Shown here in pieces: positions 34,499 to 47,900 of a DNA stretch of 64,000 nucleotides (the stretch's first letter is position 1; every line of letters begins with the position of its first letter). The stretch is from positions 62,001 through 126,000 of the forward strand of contig JAMDHS010000018.1 in NCBI GenBank assembly GCA_029717555.1, read 5' to 3'. Position numbers and translations under genes: made by a program. The stretch is from Peribolospora baueri (Eukaryota). The notes under the pieces were generated by a model that did not search any database, was not told where the DNA came from, and was given only the letters and a program-made list of their open reading frames with translations.

Positions 34499-37400
34499 AT
34501 GGCCTCCACGAGCACATTAGGTCGCAAAGCCGCTCTGCCTGCGTCATTAGTAAGTTCGCTTGAAGGACGTGAAGAGAAGCCGGGGTGATAACAGTCGGCC
34601 AAGCTCAGAAGATGACATTTATCACATTGAACCCAACAGAATCGAACTTATGGCCCCTGGATTGGCGGCCGGATTGTGATTGACACCGGTGCGGAAAAGT
34701 GAGCCCGTTCCGACTGAGCGTCCTCTTTTTCATCTCCAGTCGGCGACGCTGATGTTGGACCCTTGCCCTCACGGCTCATGTGTGTACAGGCTGTCCATTG
34801 AAGATCCCGCGGACGGATCTGAACTTGCATAGTGAGGAAACGAGATCTTACTTTTTTCTAATCATTTTGCCCCCCTGCTTAACACGTTCGTTGGATATCT
34901 TGTTGTCGTTTTCATCCCTCCATTTACTTTTCAGCGTCCACCAACCCACGCCGGCACACGTTTCCAGCGCTCTGACCCTTGCCCAAGATACCTTTGATTC
35001 TGGAACGTGGTCCCGAGCTTCCGCAGTGTATCGCTCTAAAGTGCTGTCCAAGATGGCTACACTCTTAGAGGAGAGGGTGGGAGAGATGGCCGAGGTGGAG
35101 ACTTTACAGACAGGCAGTGAGTGAAAGTAACATGATGGATGTTTAATGACATAAATGGGAGGGATCCTACTAGAAAGGAGAAGCAACGACCTGATGAACG
35201 CATTATTTCTTTTATTTTATTTTATTTTATTTTATTTCTTTTACCTTTTCGTTACCGCTCCGCCGCGCAGGACCGATACGGGAGATGAAAGCCCAGCTAA
35301 GCAGGCTTCCTGAATGGCTGTGAGCCATACGATCTCTCGTATTCAGGCAAAAGGTCTGGAACATACGACCGGCGTGCACATACTGATATTCTCCTATGCC
35401 CCATCTGCTCCAACGGATGATCGAAGTCATTACTTCTCGGCCCTACTTCGAACTTATGAGGTGCGAGCGAAGCTACACGTCGCTGTTTTTGGTGCTCACA
35501 TTGCCTGACTTCTACCGAACTCGTCGTCCCCTACCGTGCATACTACCCTACCGTTCACTCTTTGTTGAATTATCTAATCAGAACTCCCTCCTCCCAACCA
35601 CGGGCCCCTTGCTCAACTACACCACTCGTATACCGTTGGGGGTCGTCGCGCTCATCACGCCCTTCAACCATCCCCTCCTCATCGCAGTCAAGAAGATTGC
35701 CCCAGCACTCGCTGCTGGTAACGCTGTCATTGTGAAACCTAGCGAGGTGTGTACGAGGAGAGACAGAAGAGGAAACACCATGTCCATTGGTTGTTCTTCT
35801 CGTCTTGCTTTGTTTGCCGTATGGCGTTTCCATCCTTGCTGAGGGATCCAAATCGTGCGAAACTCACATTAATGTTTCCAAACATGCATATAATGTTTTA
35901 TTATTTCCCTTTCTGAAGCTTGCACCGCTGACGGTTCTCCAATTTGCGGAGCTTGCGCAAGATGCCGGCCGTAAGTCGGGTCACTGACCCAGAAGATATT
36001 CGCCTTTTCCCTTGTGTTTTTCCCACTCTTCCTCATTCTCGTCCATTTCCATTGTGTTTGACCACGCAACAGTCCCAGACGGCGTACTGTCCGTCCTTCC
36101 AGGAGTGGGGCCGAGCGTTGGCAAACAAATCATCGAATCGCCTCTGGTGAGGAAGGTGGACTTGACCGGTGGTAGTAAGTGGGCTACTTCGACCTTACTG
36201 CATCGTTGGAGGGGGTTGGAACACTCCTTGCTGACGTGCATTGAGCGCATGCAACCAACTTTCCTCCTCGCTTTTACTTCCTTTCTTGCATTTCTTCACG
36301 CCTCGCCTCTCGGCACACAGCTGAAGCAGGCCGAGCCATAGGTCGCACCGTGGGAGGCAATCTCGCCTCCTACACGGCTGAACTGGGCGGGAAGGCAAGT
36401 CGTCGTTCCTTCCCCTTCTCGTTGATTTTCGTTTCCCGATAGGCGGGCAGGCTGCAGTGGATCATGGTCTAGGTGCAGAGGCATACGAGCTGAATTCTGA
36501 TTGCAGGCTGCTGATCTGCCCCGTGTCCACCTTTGCACCTCTGCAATCGCGCCGACAACGATGCCCTCAGGCCCCTATCCTCATTTTCGACGATATCGAC
36601 CTAGACCTGGCCGTGAACGGCGTCTGTTTTGCCAGCTTCATCGCCAGTGGACAGACGTGAGTTCCACTGAAGATCCGCTGTTCCCCTCGCGTTTCATTTG
36701 CTCCTCTCTTCTTGTTTGCTCTGCTGATCTTCAAGCGGGTTCGCAAGCTGACGTGCCTTCATTTTCCTCCCTTTTACCCTTTCAAATAACCTATTCTACG
36801 CACGTGCACACAGTTGTGTCTCAGGAACACGCATCCTCGTACAGGAGAGTATACTACCCACATTCCTGGAAAAACTCAAGGAGAAGTGTAAGAGCATTGA
36901 GAAGAGGATGGGCGATCGTGAGTATATTTGTTGCTGATCTGCGAGGACGTGGGAAAGAAAACTGTTCCTTTCCCGTGCTCATCTTTTGGTCTTTAGTGAC
37001 TCCCAAACGTGGCCCAAACTCACTTGCAAACTTTGTATGGTTCTCACCATGCTTCCTTGCCGATAGCCGCAAATCCTTCTTCGACAATGGGTCCCGTCAT
37101 CTCTTCCGCTTCCCTCTCACGAGTACAATCCTTTATGTCCAGCGCCATCTCCGAAGGCGCCACGGTCCTCACCGGCGGAAAGCGGTTGGAGGGATCAAGC
37201 CAGCTGGATGGCTTCGACCGGACTCAAGGATATTTTTTCCCTCCTACTGTTTTGGTAGACGTCACCACCAACAGTAGAGTTTGGAAGGAGGAGGTGTTTG
37301 GGCCGGTGAGCCTTTATTGCAAGTCTTATCCTGAGCGGGCAAGCAACGAAGTAGTGCTTAGCCAACATCGCTTCATCATTGGGGCTACTGGCCTTGTGTT

Positions 37401-37939
37401 GAGCATGATTCTGATGATTAACAGGCATGCCTTGATTAGAGACCGCTGGTTCTGACTGTTACCTTCCTGTTTCCTACAGGTCATTTGTGTTATGCCGTTC
37501 AAAGACGAGCCTTCTGCGATCCGTCTGGCCAATGACTCGCAGTATGGCTTAGGTGCGGCTGTCTGGACGTCGAATGGAGCACGAGGTCACCGCGTGGCGG
37601 CAGGCATTGAGGCAGGCCTCGTGTGGATCAATAGCCATCACCGAAATGATCCTAGCAGCCCCTGGGGTGGCATGAAGGACTCTGGCATCGGGAGGGAGAA
37701 TGGTCTGGAGGCTTTCAGGGCTTGTGAGTGGACTGATTGTCATTCCTCAAAAAGGTCAGAGCCATTTGCTGAAAACGAGCAAACGCTCTCCCCCTCTATC
37801 CTTTTCCACACCCTCGTTATTCCTCAACTCGCCAGACACGCAAACTAAGTCAGTGATAATGAGCACTGCCAGTGAGGAGCAGGCGCTGCAGACAGACGAC
37901 TGGTTTGCGGATGATGGAAGTGAAAAGCGGTACGGTTAA
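34499..37939 (+). CDS. NAD(P)-dependent aldehyde dehydrogenase
   Basis: [45 protein letters not shown] (catalytic Glu), FIASGQT|CVSGTR (catalytic Cys), [29 protein letters not shown]. Confidence 0.93.
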
Positions 37940-38252
37940 TGTATGTCTGCTGTCCGTCGTTATCACCGAAAAGGACTGATCGGACATCGGCTAACACGTC
38001 CAGGAGAAGAATTGCGCACTTGTCTTGCCACTACTCGACGAAATCACGAATAAGCGCCACTATACAGTGGCCTTCTTCTCTACGGTTGTGATGTTCGACT
38101 GAACTGAGCTACAGCAGTTGCATCGGCCAGACGCGAGTATGAATAACCTCTGAGAGAAAGATATCAAAGATTCGTCTCAAACCCCATGCAAATTTGAGAG
38201 TGTATGCTCGAGGCGACGACTGACAAGTCTGCTACCGTCCAACCTGTCACCT

Positions 38253-41224
38253 TTATTGGCCTGCAGCATACGGAGAGGAATCTCTTTCGTCAATAGGCGG
38301 GCTCTCGTGAATAACGTTTTCACCCGAATTGTCCTCGACCCCTAACCATCCGGCGATCATGTCGAGGAACGAGCCGCGCATATTATCGTGGTCGTCGTCA
38401 TACTCCTCGTCGTCGTCATACTCATAGTCGCCATCGTCTGGATCCTTGCCCTCCCCAACGTTGTCAAAAAGACCCTTCTTTTCGTCCTCGAGCAAGAGGC
38501 TGTCGAATAGGTCAAGTGTGAAATGGTCCTCGTCCGTCTTCTTCTTCCCGTTGCGATGCCGAATCGCCCGACGCCTCATGCACCTCGTGGGCAGGCGAGA
38601 GATGTCCCCTTCACACGGCACGATCTCCTCTTCCTCCGCACTGGAGACAATGTCGGTAGCGTGCATCATTGCCTCTTCCACAGCCACGCTCTCCTCTGTC
38701 GTGGGTCGCGGGCGCGTCGTGGCCGGCTGGTAGGAGGGACTGAGGTGCTCCCGCGTCATTGGATATGGTGAGTGAAGCCGTACCATCTGTGGGATACACA
38801 TTGTCAGGCCAACTGTTCAATGCCTAGAGCACAAGGTGAGTGATAAGAAGCAAGAAAGGGACGATAACCGACCTTTTCGATGCCTGCCGTGGCCACGTAA
38901 GGCAAAGTCTGGCAAGCAGAAACGGGGGTCCCAAAGGAAGGTGAGTTCCCTTCCGACGAATTCCGGTCCGAGTGCTGTCAATACTCACCGGATGGGCCAA
39001 GGCAACGTTGACGATGGAGCGATGCCCTAACCGGTACACGGCAAACAAGCATTATGTTAGACTAGAATCACGCAAAACTAGGTGTCAAGCCCTCGACACG
39101 CCAGATAGGTCGGAGGCGCACCTTCCAGGCGATAAGTCGGCTCTGTCAGCTGTACCGGACGGATCGCCGTCCTGCCTTCTTCACACCCGCCAAATGCGCT
39201 GGGCTTCATGAAGGCTAATCGAGAAAGGCGCAAAAAAAAACGAATTTAAGTCACGACACTCTCAAATCACAAAGGCAACGACGTGAAGGGTGCTCACCGA
39301 TATCCCCAATCTCCGCTCCCTCCCTCCACTTTCTCCAATCCCCAACCCCACCGACGTCATCCGCCTCCAACTCCTCCCTCATTCTCGTCAACGTCTCCAC
39401 GCGGGGCACTCTCCATCCATATCCCCTGAAGTCGTCGCTGCCGGTCCAATATATCAAGTCATCTGCCCCTCCAAAAGTCGAGAAGGAGCCGTGTTTGATG
39501 GTGCAGCAGTTGGAATAGAACGGCCGAGAGCCTGGGGCGGGAGGGCCCGGAGAAGGGGAAGCGGCGGGAGAGTCGGAGCATGAATGTAGGTTATATGGGG
39601 AAGGAGGCGGGCCAGCACGGAGGAAAGACGAGGTAGAAAGGGTAGCGAGAGGCTCGGGAGCGAAGGTCGCGTAAACGGTGGGAAGATAACGGGAGAGGCT
39701 GGCGAAGACGATGCCATAAGTCCGAGTCAACACCGAAGTGCATATACTGAGCTCGAAACGCGAGCTGACACTCACTTGACAGCAAACATCTTGCCACCGG
39801 GCTCGAACGCCAGGCCGGACACCTCAACCCTGACAGACTTGAAGCCGCCGTCTGTCTCATCGACGTGCTGGTGGAGAATATCCACGTACTTAACTAGCGG
39901 CTCCACAGGCTTGATTTCAAGGGAGTGTGGGTCGGAGAAGACAGAGGACCTGAATGATTTGCGGATATCGTGAAGCCTGCGGAAAGACAAATGGGAGGAA
40001 TGGGAATTACAGTCAATGAAAAGGCCTATCAATGGAAAAAAAGGGCAAAAGTAAGCCAGACGCACTTGATAAAGCCGTGAACTCCCGTGCCAGCGACGAT
40101 AAAGCTCCTCCCGTCCGCAGGATTCCATCTTACAGCGCTCAACAAGGCCATCTCGAAATGATGCCCAGAAGGCCGTACTCCGGCCTCCCGCACGTCAAAA
40201 AGCCGTACCAGACCGTCCTCACTCGCAGTCACGACTAGGTTCGAATTGGTAGGGTGTGCGTCGATCTCGCGAACCTCGTCATCGACCTTGGCCACGTGAA
40301 CGGGCGGCGTACGTAGGCAGGACCAACGTCTGCGTTCGGAGGGAGAATACGAAGCTGAGGGAAGTGCAGCGATGTCGTAGCAGAGCAAGCGCTCGCACTT
40401 TCCGGCGCCATACAGACGACTCGAATCCGAGGAGAAGGAAAGGGAGAAGACGTTGGACTGACGGACGGGGAGAAGACGAAGGGCGGAGGGGGAGGGGGAT
40501 GATTGATGAGATGAAGACGTGGTCGAGTAGCACGGGTCGGACTTGACACCTACCAGTGGACCTGTAAAAATAGCCACCGGACCGGCCTCTTCTACGCTAC
40601 CCTGAATGTCCCGGAGGAGGATGCGATGATCTGCCGACAAGGCGGAGGACGTCGAATGAGCCGTAGTTCCAGCGACCAGCAGCAGACGGCGCGAAGCATA
40701 GAAGAAAGAGGGAGCTCACCGTCACCCGCGCTAGCCATCCACCGCCCATCTCCAGGTGAAAAGGCCACGGCGTTGACGCAGGCAAAGTGGCCAACCAAGT
40801 CTCTTAATTAAGATGAATACGGTAGAGAGTAGGTAAGGGAGACCAGCGTTGGTTCCACTGTGCCCAATATACGAGACGCTATGCGCCGCCAATGGGGACG
40901 CCCAAGTACTCACTTCTGGTAGGGGAATCCAGTGCTTTTCATCGTTTCTTCGAGCATCCTCCGCCTTGCTCCCCTCGCCGCCACCGTAGACCCAGCGAAA
41001 ACGCTAGGGATGCGCGATCCTGGTAAAGCGGGGCGGGTAGCCAGCACATCATGGAAGCAACACTCATGATGCTGAGTCGGTCCTGTAAACGGCCGGCTGG
41101 AAGGGCCGGGAAGGGTGAAGTCGGCGTCGGCGGTCTCGATGAGGTCGGACTCGACTGCTGAGCGAGAGGCGAGGGACGCGGCCGAGGCGCGACGTTTGCC
41201 TCGGGATTTTGGTTGATCGTCCAT
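38253..41224 (-). CDS. WD40-repeat protein, DCAF5/WDR22-like CUL4-DDB1 substrate receptor
   Basis: GHFACVNAVAFS...MASAGD|DHRILL, VTASEDGLVRLFDVR, NCCTIKHGSF...TGSDDFRGYGW, GHRSIVN; acidic C-terminal tail. Confidence 0.75.
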
Positions 41225-43240
41225 CGTCCTGGAAGGCGCCTGTGTTCGTTGAACGTTCCTCTTAGAGCATCAAGAACGGGCACAGTCGTTGGGCAAAGAG
41301 CGGAGAAGCTCAGTTGTGAATGGGACGGTCGTATGCTGTTCGTTCCCTTCCAACGTCCTTGCTCTACCTTATAAAGTAGGACAATATTACATGCTCCGAT
41401 CACACTCACGTGATAACCACGTGCTCGATCCATCGCTATGACCAGCTTCGTACCAGTTGATACCGAAAGAGTATCGAGGGGACACCGTCGGGGGATGTCG
41501 ATCACCAGGGGTTGACAGCAAAGAGCGCTGGAAGCGATAAAGTGGTGATTGTGATTGTTTTTGATTGATACCGAAAGGAATGTGGTATCTGTCACCGACG
41601 GGTGCGACCCGGGTTAGGTGACGGGTTCTGGTGATGGGATGTGCCCCCGAAGCGTTTAGCAAATGTAAAAGATGATGGTGGTTGTTCTCTATTCATCGTC
41701 TACAGATCGGCTAAAGTGCCACAAGAGCCGGTGGTCTCACCATAGCGTGAGACCAAGCGGGCGGCAGCGCCAAGCTCAAGAGAAATTGCAAGCAACACAT
41801 ACACATCAGGCGGAGGAAGAACTAGTACAGTTAGCTACCCTTAAGTGAAGAAGAAGTAAGGCGAAGTAACGACAAACAGCTCGAGATGAACCTAAACGAC
41901 AGAAGGACCAACGAGACGAATGCAGCTTGGCGAAGAAAAGGACCGAAAACGTAGATGGGTAGGAGTCAAGCAAGAGTCAAACCGGAAAGAACTAACAAAA
42001 GCAAAGCCTGCATAAAAGCTACACGAAGAAACTCGAGCACCGAGAGAAGAGAAGAAGACCACGGCGAAGGGGAAGCTATGGGAAGGGGGGGACATTGCGA
42101 ATGGGAACATGCGAGGGCGGCGGTAGTCCTACAGAATAATCACTATGAGCAGGACTCGAGTTCTTGGGCGCATGAGAGTTGAAGAAAAAATTTTGGACTT
42201 TTTATGCCGTTGTGGGTCATGGAAGGAGCCGGTGTAGAGGAGAACACGGCCCAGGTCGAGAAGGACGGAGGTTGTCGGGAACGGCGAGATGCAGATAGCA
42301 GAAAAGGTAGGAGAACCGCATGTCTTGACGTCTTGCCGTCTTGCCTCTTCTGCTTTTCTCGCCTTGGCGTTCCCAGGAGCCTCGAAAGGTTGCGTAGGCG
42401 TGAACGGCGAGAACGAGGTAGACGGAGTGGTGATTTGGGAGGGATGGGGGTCGTTCGCAAGTGGATGTGAAGCGTAGTGCCGCTGTGAAGAGCTTGATAT
42501 GATAGAAAAGCGAGTGCGCTCGTCACGTAGATTTTACAGCGCCTCGACCGGCCCGCGATGGCCGGATGGCGTTCTTCCAGATGATTGAAATACCAACTGA
42601 GTGGGCAGTTGAGGTGATCGACGGCGTTGAAGTACAAGCTGGAAATCCCTAGTGTGAAGGCGTCATAGCCGTCGATAAGCATTCGCCTTCACGGAACTGA
42701 ACAGCCAGTTCGCCTCGAGGTTGAGGCAGGTTAGAAAAGAGCAACGAGCCAAGAGGTCGGCAAAGACCGAGGCGAATGATTAGATGTTCAGTGACAAAAT
42801 TCTTGACGAAAAGGAGATCAGACCCGGAGACGCATATGGCCGGACGGGCAGGGCAAGATCAGTCGAGAAGGCGGGAAGACGACCGGGAAGACAACTGAGG
42901 GCGAGAAAAAGATGGATGGACACGAGTAGTTCGTAGTTGATTGAGTGGGGAAAGGCCGTTGATGATGAGTCGAGGCGGAGCAAATCAGGCGGGGGTATCT
43001 TGCGAGGGAGATCGAGGCCGGAAGAAAAGAGGCTGGGGAAGACATATATGTACCTAGCCGGAAGCTGATCGGCACCCGTGCCAGCAGGGTCATCCGTTCA
43101 CCGCCACTGGTCCACGTTGTAGTCGTCGTCCAATCACTCCACAACAGTAGCGTCACGTTACAAAGCGACGATCGCCGGACGTATGCGCCGGAAGTCGTAG
43201 TGTCGAGCGCACGTAAACACTCGAACGTGCGTGGAGACCT

Positions 43241-44248
43241 TCAGTGCTCAAAATGGCCCATGAGCAACCTCTCTCCGTGCGGGCTGGGCCTGCGAGCCAT
43301 GCTATTGCCCACGCTCTGTCGCCTGCCCCTGACCGATGGCTTCTTGGCGCCTGGGGCTGGACCTGTCGATGGCTGATCCGGCGTGGCAGAAGCAGGCAAT
43401 GGAGCAGGACTGGGTGTGTGCTGGGGCAGACGGGCTTGCAGTTCAGGTGACTCTGGCTGGCTCCGGATGGGCTCGAGAGCGGGCGGAGAGGAGCGCTGGG
43501 TACCGCCGGAGAAGAGACTGGAAGGGGGGACAGGGGCGGCACTCTGAGGACCAGAGCTCATGCTTGTCGATCTGAAAGGCCGGCCAGAGATGCTGAGCTT
43601 GCGAAGGAGGCCGCCCAGTCTGCCAGCTCCACCTCCGTCCTCGTCTCGCGCGCCGGCTTCAGAAGCGCCGGACATGGTGGACCATCGCTGAAGCGAGCCG
43701 ACGCCGCCGGCAGGGATGCCACTGCCGGAGCTCATGCGCCTGTGGGCGGTGCCGAAGTCTTGAGAATAGGGATGGGAGGTGAGAGGAAAGGACGTGGTCT
43801 TTCCGAGAGCAGCGCCGCCGGTGTAAGACACGCCGTCGGGGCCGTCCGCAGAAGAGAAGGGGGAAGGGGCGGAGGGCCCTACGGGGGTGGAAGGGTCAGG
43901 GTCGTTGGCGGAGGAGTTGGAGGATTCGGCGGTGAAAGCGCTATCATTGGAGCCGCCCCGAGGTCGAACAGAGGAGAGGATAGGACTGACGGGCTGGCCG
44001 GCGGGGCCGGACCAGCTAGCGGGCCAGCGGGCGTGGATGGGGCTGGACGCGTGGGCTGTAAAGTAGCCAGTGACGGGGGAGGTGGACGCACCGAACCAGC
44101 CGGAGGCGCCGAACGGAGGCGACTGCTTGGAGGCGCCCAAGCTGTCCGACCGGGAGCGGTGATGAACAGACTCGCGTGCGTTAGGAATCTGCTGTGGGGC
44201 CGCGCGGCCGGCGATGGCATCGACGTCGGAGGTTGGGGCGGTGGTCAT
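43241..44248 (-). CDS. Intronless Ser/Pro/Gly-rich hypothetical protein (335 aa) with C-terminal RRPSPHGERLLMGHF motif
   Basis: Long open frame preceded by a pyrimidine-rich 5' region; low complexity; several RRxS/RKxS motifs. Confidence 0.7.
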   Translation of the reverse strand: MTTAPTSDVDAIAGRAAPQQIPNARESVHHRSRSDSLGASKQSPPFGASGWFGASTSPVTGYFTAHASSPIHARWPASWSGPAGQPVSPILSSVRPRGGSNDSAFTAESSNSSANDPDPSTPVGPSAPSPFSSADGPDGVSYTGGAALGKTTSFPLTSHPYSQDFGTAHRRMSSGSGIPAGGVGSLQRWSTMSGASEAGARDEDGGGAGRLGGLLRKLSISGRPFRSTSMSSGPQSAAPVPPSSLFSGGTQRSSPPALEPIRSQPESPELQARLPQHTPSPAPLPASATPDQPSTGPAPGAKKPSVRGRRQSVGNSMARRPSPHGERLLMGHFEH

Positions 44249-44969
44249 GACGGGGAGAGGAGCGGTGACTGCCTGGAGAAAGGCGAGGGGGGCGGGGCGG
44301 ACAGGAGAGGGGACGAGACGTACAGAAGGGGAAGGAGAGGAAACGATGGTTACGTGTGTGTTTGTAGGGGCGAAGCGGTGGTGATGGCGAGCTGGGGATG
44401 GAGGAGGAAAAGAGAAGCGAAGTCAATTCGCTCAGGCCATCTCACCTCGACTGGGTGGGTACATAACGTTACTGAGCCACTCCAGGCTCAGGGCGGGCGG
44501 ATATACACGGATACAAGAGGACATGTACGGAGATAAGCGACTGCACCCCACATGTCTCACTCCGGCCACGGCTGCCGATCGCAAGCGCGATCACGGCCGG
44601 ACGCAGCTAGTGCGAGTGCGAGCTTATTACGCGGCGGCGGAGACGAATGCCGATCCTATACCATCCATCTCGATGCGGCCGAGTAAGGCAAAGCAGAAAT
44701 ATGGACCCGCCCAACCAGTCTTCGCCACCGTAAGCGGACGGTCCTAGACGTCTCCGCTCCTCAGGCCGAAAGCGAAGTACTGTAATAAAACGGTCAGACT
44801 GCCAAGAATGCTGAGATCACGCACTTAACATCCCTAGATGCGCACCACGTGACCTGCTCGAACGTGCACGTGCCGTCCACTCCCCTTTGCGTGCATACCG
44901 ATCAATCCACCCTCTCCCTATCTCCCTCACTCTTACCACCTCCATTCCGTCCCCGCCTACACCAACGCC

Positions 44970-47900
44970 ATGTCGGATCGCGGCGATCATGATTCAGGCT
45001 CACATGTCAGGGCCGACGGTGCTGTCGAGCCCGTCTCGGACGTCCCAGGTCACATGTACGAGTCCCTCGACTCGGAAGCGATCGAAGAGCTCCGAGAGGT
45101 TGCACACGGTTACGGCGTCTCTCCGCCACTGCCAAACATCCCACCTCCTCGAAATGCCTCCCCCATGCCTTCCACGTCCACATCCAACCCGCCTCCAGGC
45201 GAGTCCGAAATTGACTTTGACGCCGCTCAACGAGACAGACGACCGTCCTCAGTGGCCGCCGATCGCCCGTCTCGTCCCTCCTCAGGCCTCCGCCACACCC
45301 GCCCAACTTCATCCCGGGAGGACGACGGAAATGGCGCCAGGGAGACGGGCATGGACGTGAGTCGAGCCGCATACCTGGCCGCCGACCAGCTGAAGGCGAA
45401 CGAGGACCGTTCCAAAGACTCGTCCAGTATCAGCAGGGCCGCTCCGCCCCACGGCTTCGACGGCAGCACTATCGAGCTCCCTATGCCCGATCACCAGAAG
45501 GCCGAAATCGTCGCCCGTCATCTCGTCAGTCGCGAGGAGCGCGAGAGGGGCGGAAGTCAGGACGAAGATGCATCTGGCTTGCAGACCACCCTCTCCGGGC
45601 TCGCCTCCGATGCCAGCGGGGCGGGGACCCCTCAGGATAGAGACACCAACCCCCCCGACCGCTCGCCACCGTCGTCGTCCGTCGACTACAACACCGAGTC
45701 GCCCTTTTTGCCCCCTTCCGAACCCTCCGGCTCCAACTTTTCTCGCACACAAACTTTGCAGCGCCAGCAGTCCGAGTTCGATCCTCCTCATGACATGCTC
45801 GGTGGTGACGTCACTAGCGGTATCTACAAGTGGGCCCACGAGAACCGCAAGCGCGTGCGCCGAACCAACAGTCTCGACCTGCCCCGCGACGGTCCTGTTG
45901 ATCCGGACGTGCCCCGAGCTCAAGACATGCGACAGCCTGGCGGCTTCCGGAGGAACTTTGTCTTCCAGAGGGCCCAAGAGCAGGGCCAAGAGAGGCCGAG
46001 GGTCCTGCGCTCATTCATCGACTTTCTCACCCGTGAGCGGAACGACCCATGTTATCGTTTTCCGACTAGTCGATCATGTGCTGAGCACACATTACCCCCT
46101 TTCCGTTCTCATTTCAACTCCGCCCCCTTCCCGCCCCCCTTCCTCCTAGTCTACGGACACTTGGGTGGCGAAGACTTGGAAGAGATTGACGAGTCCGAAT
46201 TAGCTTTTGACGAGGAGGAGGCGGCCGAGGCCGAGGCTGCCGCCGAGGCCCCACCGCCGGGGGCCGAGCCAACGTCTCCAGAAAGGGGCAGGACGGAACG
46301 CACCCCATTGCTGCAAAGGGCACGCAGCAGACCGCGCGGCAAGAGTGTCCAGCGGCCGGGAGAGGCCAGCGTCACTGAGGCCGTTTTGATGGTGTGCTTT
46401 GCGTCGCCTATTATGATGATGAATACGTCTCGTGCGGATTATTTACACCTTCCCGTGCCATCACGCTTTTGGCCCTACAGCTCACCAAGTCCTTCATTGG
46501 CACCGGCGTGCTTTTCCTCGGCAAGGCGTGAGTCTCCGCTCTTATTCGAATTGATTCTATTTGAGCTCTCCAACCGTGCTGACGGACCTTCCTACTCCGC
46601 GCTCCCGTCCAGCTTCTCCAATGGCGGCATCCTGTTCTCGACTGTTACCCTGGTCACGATCGCCGCGCTTTCGCTTTGGTCGTTCCTCCTCCTCATCTAC
46701 ACTCGTCTCGACGTTCCGGGAAGCTTCGGCGGTGAGTTCGTTATGAGCAAGGTTTCACCACTGCAGCGCTTCTGATTTGCATTTGCTTTCATGCGCAGAT
46801 ATGGGCGGCGCGCTGTACGGGCCGACAATGCGCAAGATCATCCTCTTCCAGATCGTCATATCTCAGGTCAGCCTCACTATAGCGATGCCGCCTTCTTCCT
46901 CTCCGTGCTATTCCCGCCGCAGTCCTAACGTTTATTTTCTTATTCCAAAAGCTCGGCTTCGTCATGGTGTACATGGCCTTCACCGCGGAGACGCTTCAGG
47001 CGTTCATAATGGCGGTGACGAAATGTCGGGTCGTCGTCCCCAAAGCGCTCTTACTCATCGCCCAGTTCCTCGTCTTCCTGCCCATGAGCTTGATACGCAA
47101 GATCAAGAAGCTCTCCGGCACGGCTCTCGTCGCCGACGCATTCATCCTCGCCGGCATCATCTATCTCTTCTCCACCGAGATATCCATTATCGCCAAGAAC
47201 GGTTTGGGAGACGTGCAGCTGTTCAACCCCAATGACTTCCCGCTCTTGGTTGGGTGAGTCGTGCTTTCTTGCCTATCACTCAAAGCATTCTAGTGGATGC
47301 CACTGTCAGCGTTTCCGTTCTCACGATGACCCCATCGTTGCCCATTTGTGTCACCTAGCACGTCCGTGTTCGCGTTCGAAGGTATCAGCCTGTGAGTCAC
47401 CTGTCGGCTCTCTTTCCCCCCTTTTCCCGAGCGCCGAGCTCACTTCAGTATGGGCTTATTCGAGCTTTGCCCGATCTCTTGCGGCAGTATCATCCCCATC
47501 TCGGAGTCGATGAAAGAGCCTGAGCGGTTCCCCGCCGTGTTGACCGGCGTCATGATCCTCGCCACCGTCATCTTCGCCTGTGCGTCCGTCTATTGCTTCC
47601 GTAGCGAGATCCATTAGATTCAATCACCCTTAATTTCTTTTTGTTCTCGCTTCTTTGGCCCTTGCATCCTACAGCCTCTGGTGTGCTCGCCTATGGTGCA
47701 TTCGGATCAGGTGAGTGATGATCGAGCCGGAGTCGTTCTCCTCTCCTTCCAGATCTGACCGTGTCTTCGGATTGTGACGCCGTTCATCAGAAATTCAAGG
47801 TATGCGTGCACTCGGATTTGTCACGTCTCTGTTGATCCTGCGTTTAATCCGGTCTCGTTTCGTTCCTTTGTGCAATAGCCGTCGTGATCACGAATCTGCC

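Noticed and set aside
42143..42682. 179-aa minus-strand ORF in the gene-poor interval
   Set aside because: No family features and a low-complexity basic C-terminus; more likely UTR or intergenic sequence.
43742..44536. Long antisense/alternative-frame ORFs (also 5513-6163, 24900-25718, 45309-45989)
   Set aside because: Shadow ORFs produced by GC-rich codon bias of the real genes on the opposite strand.
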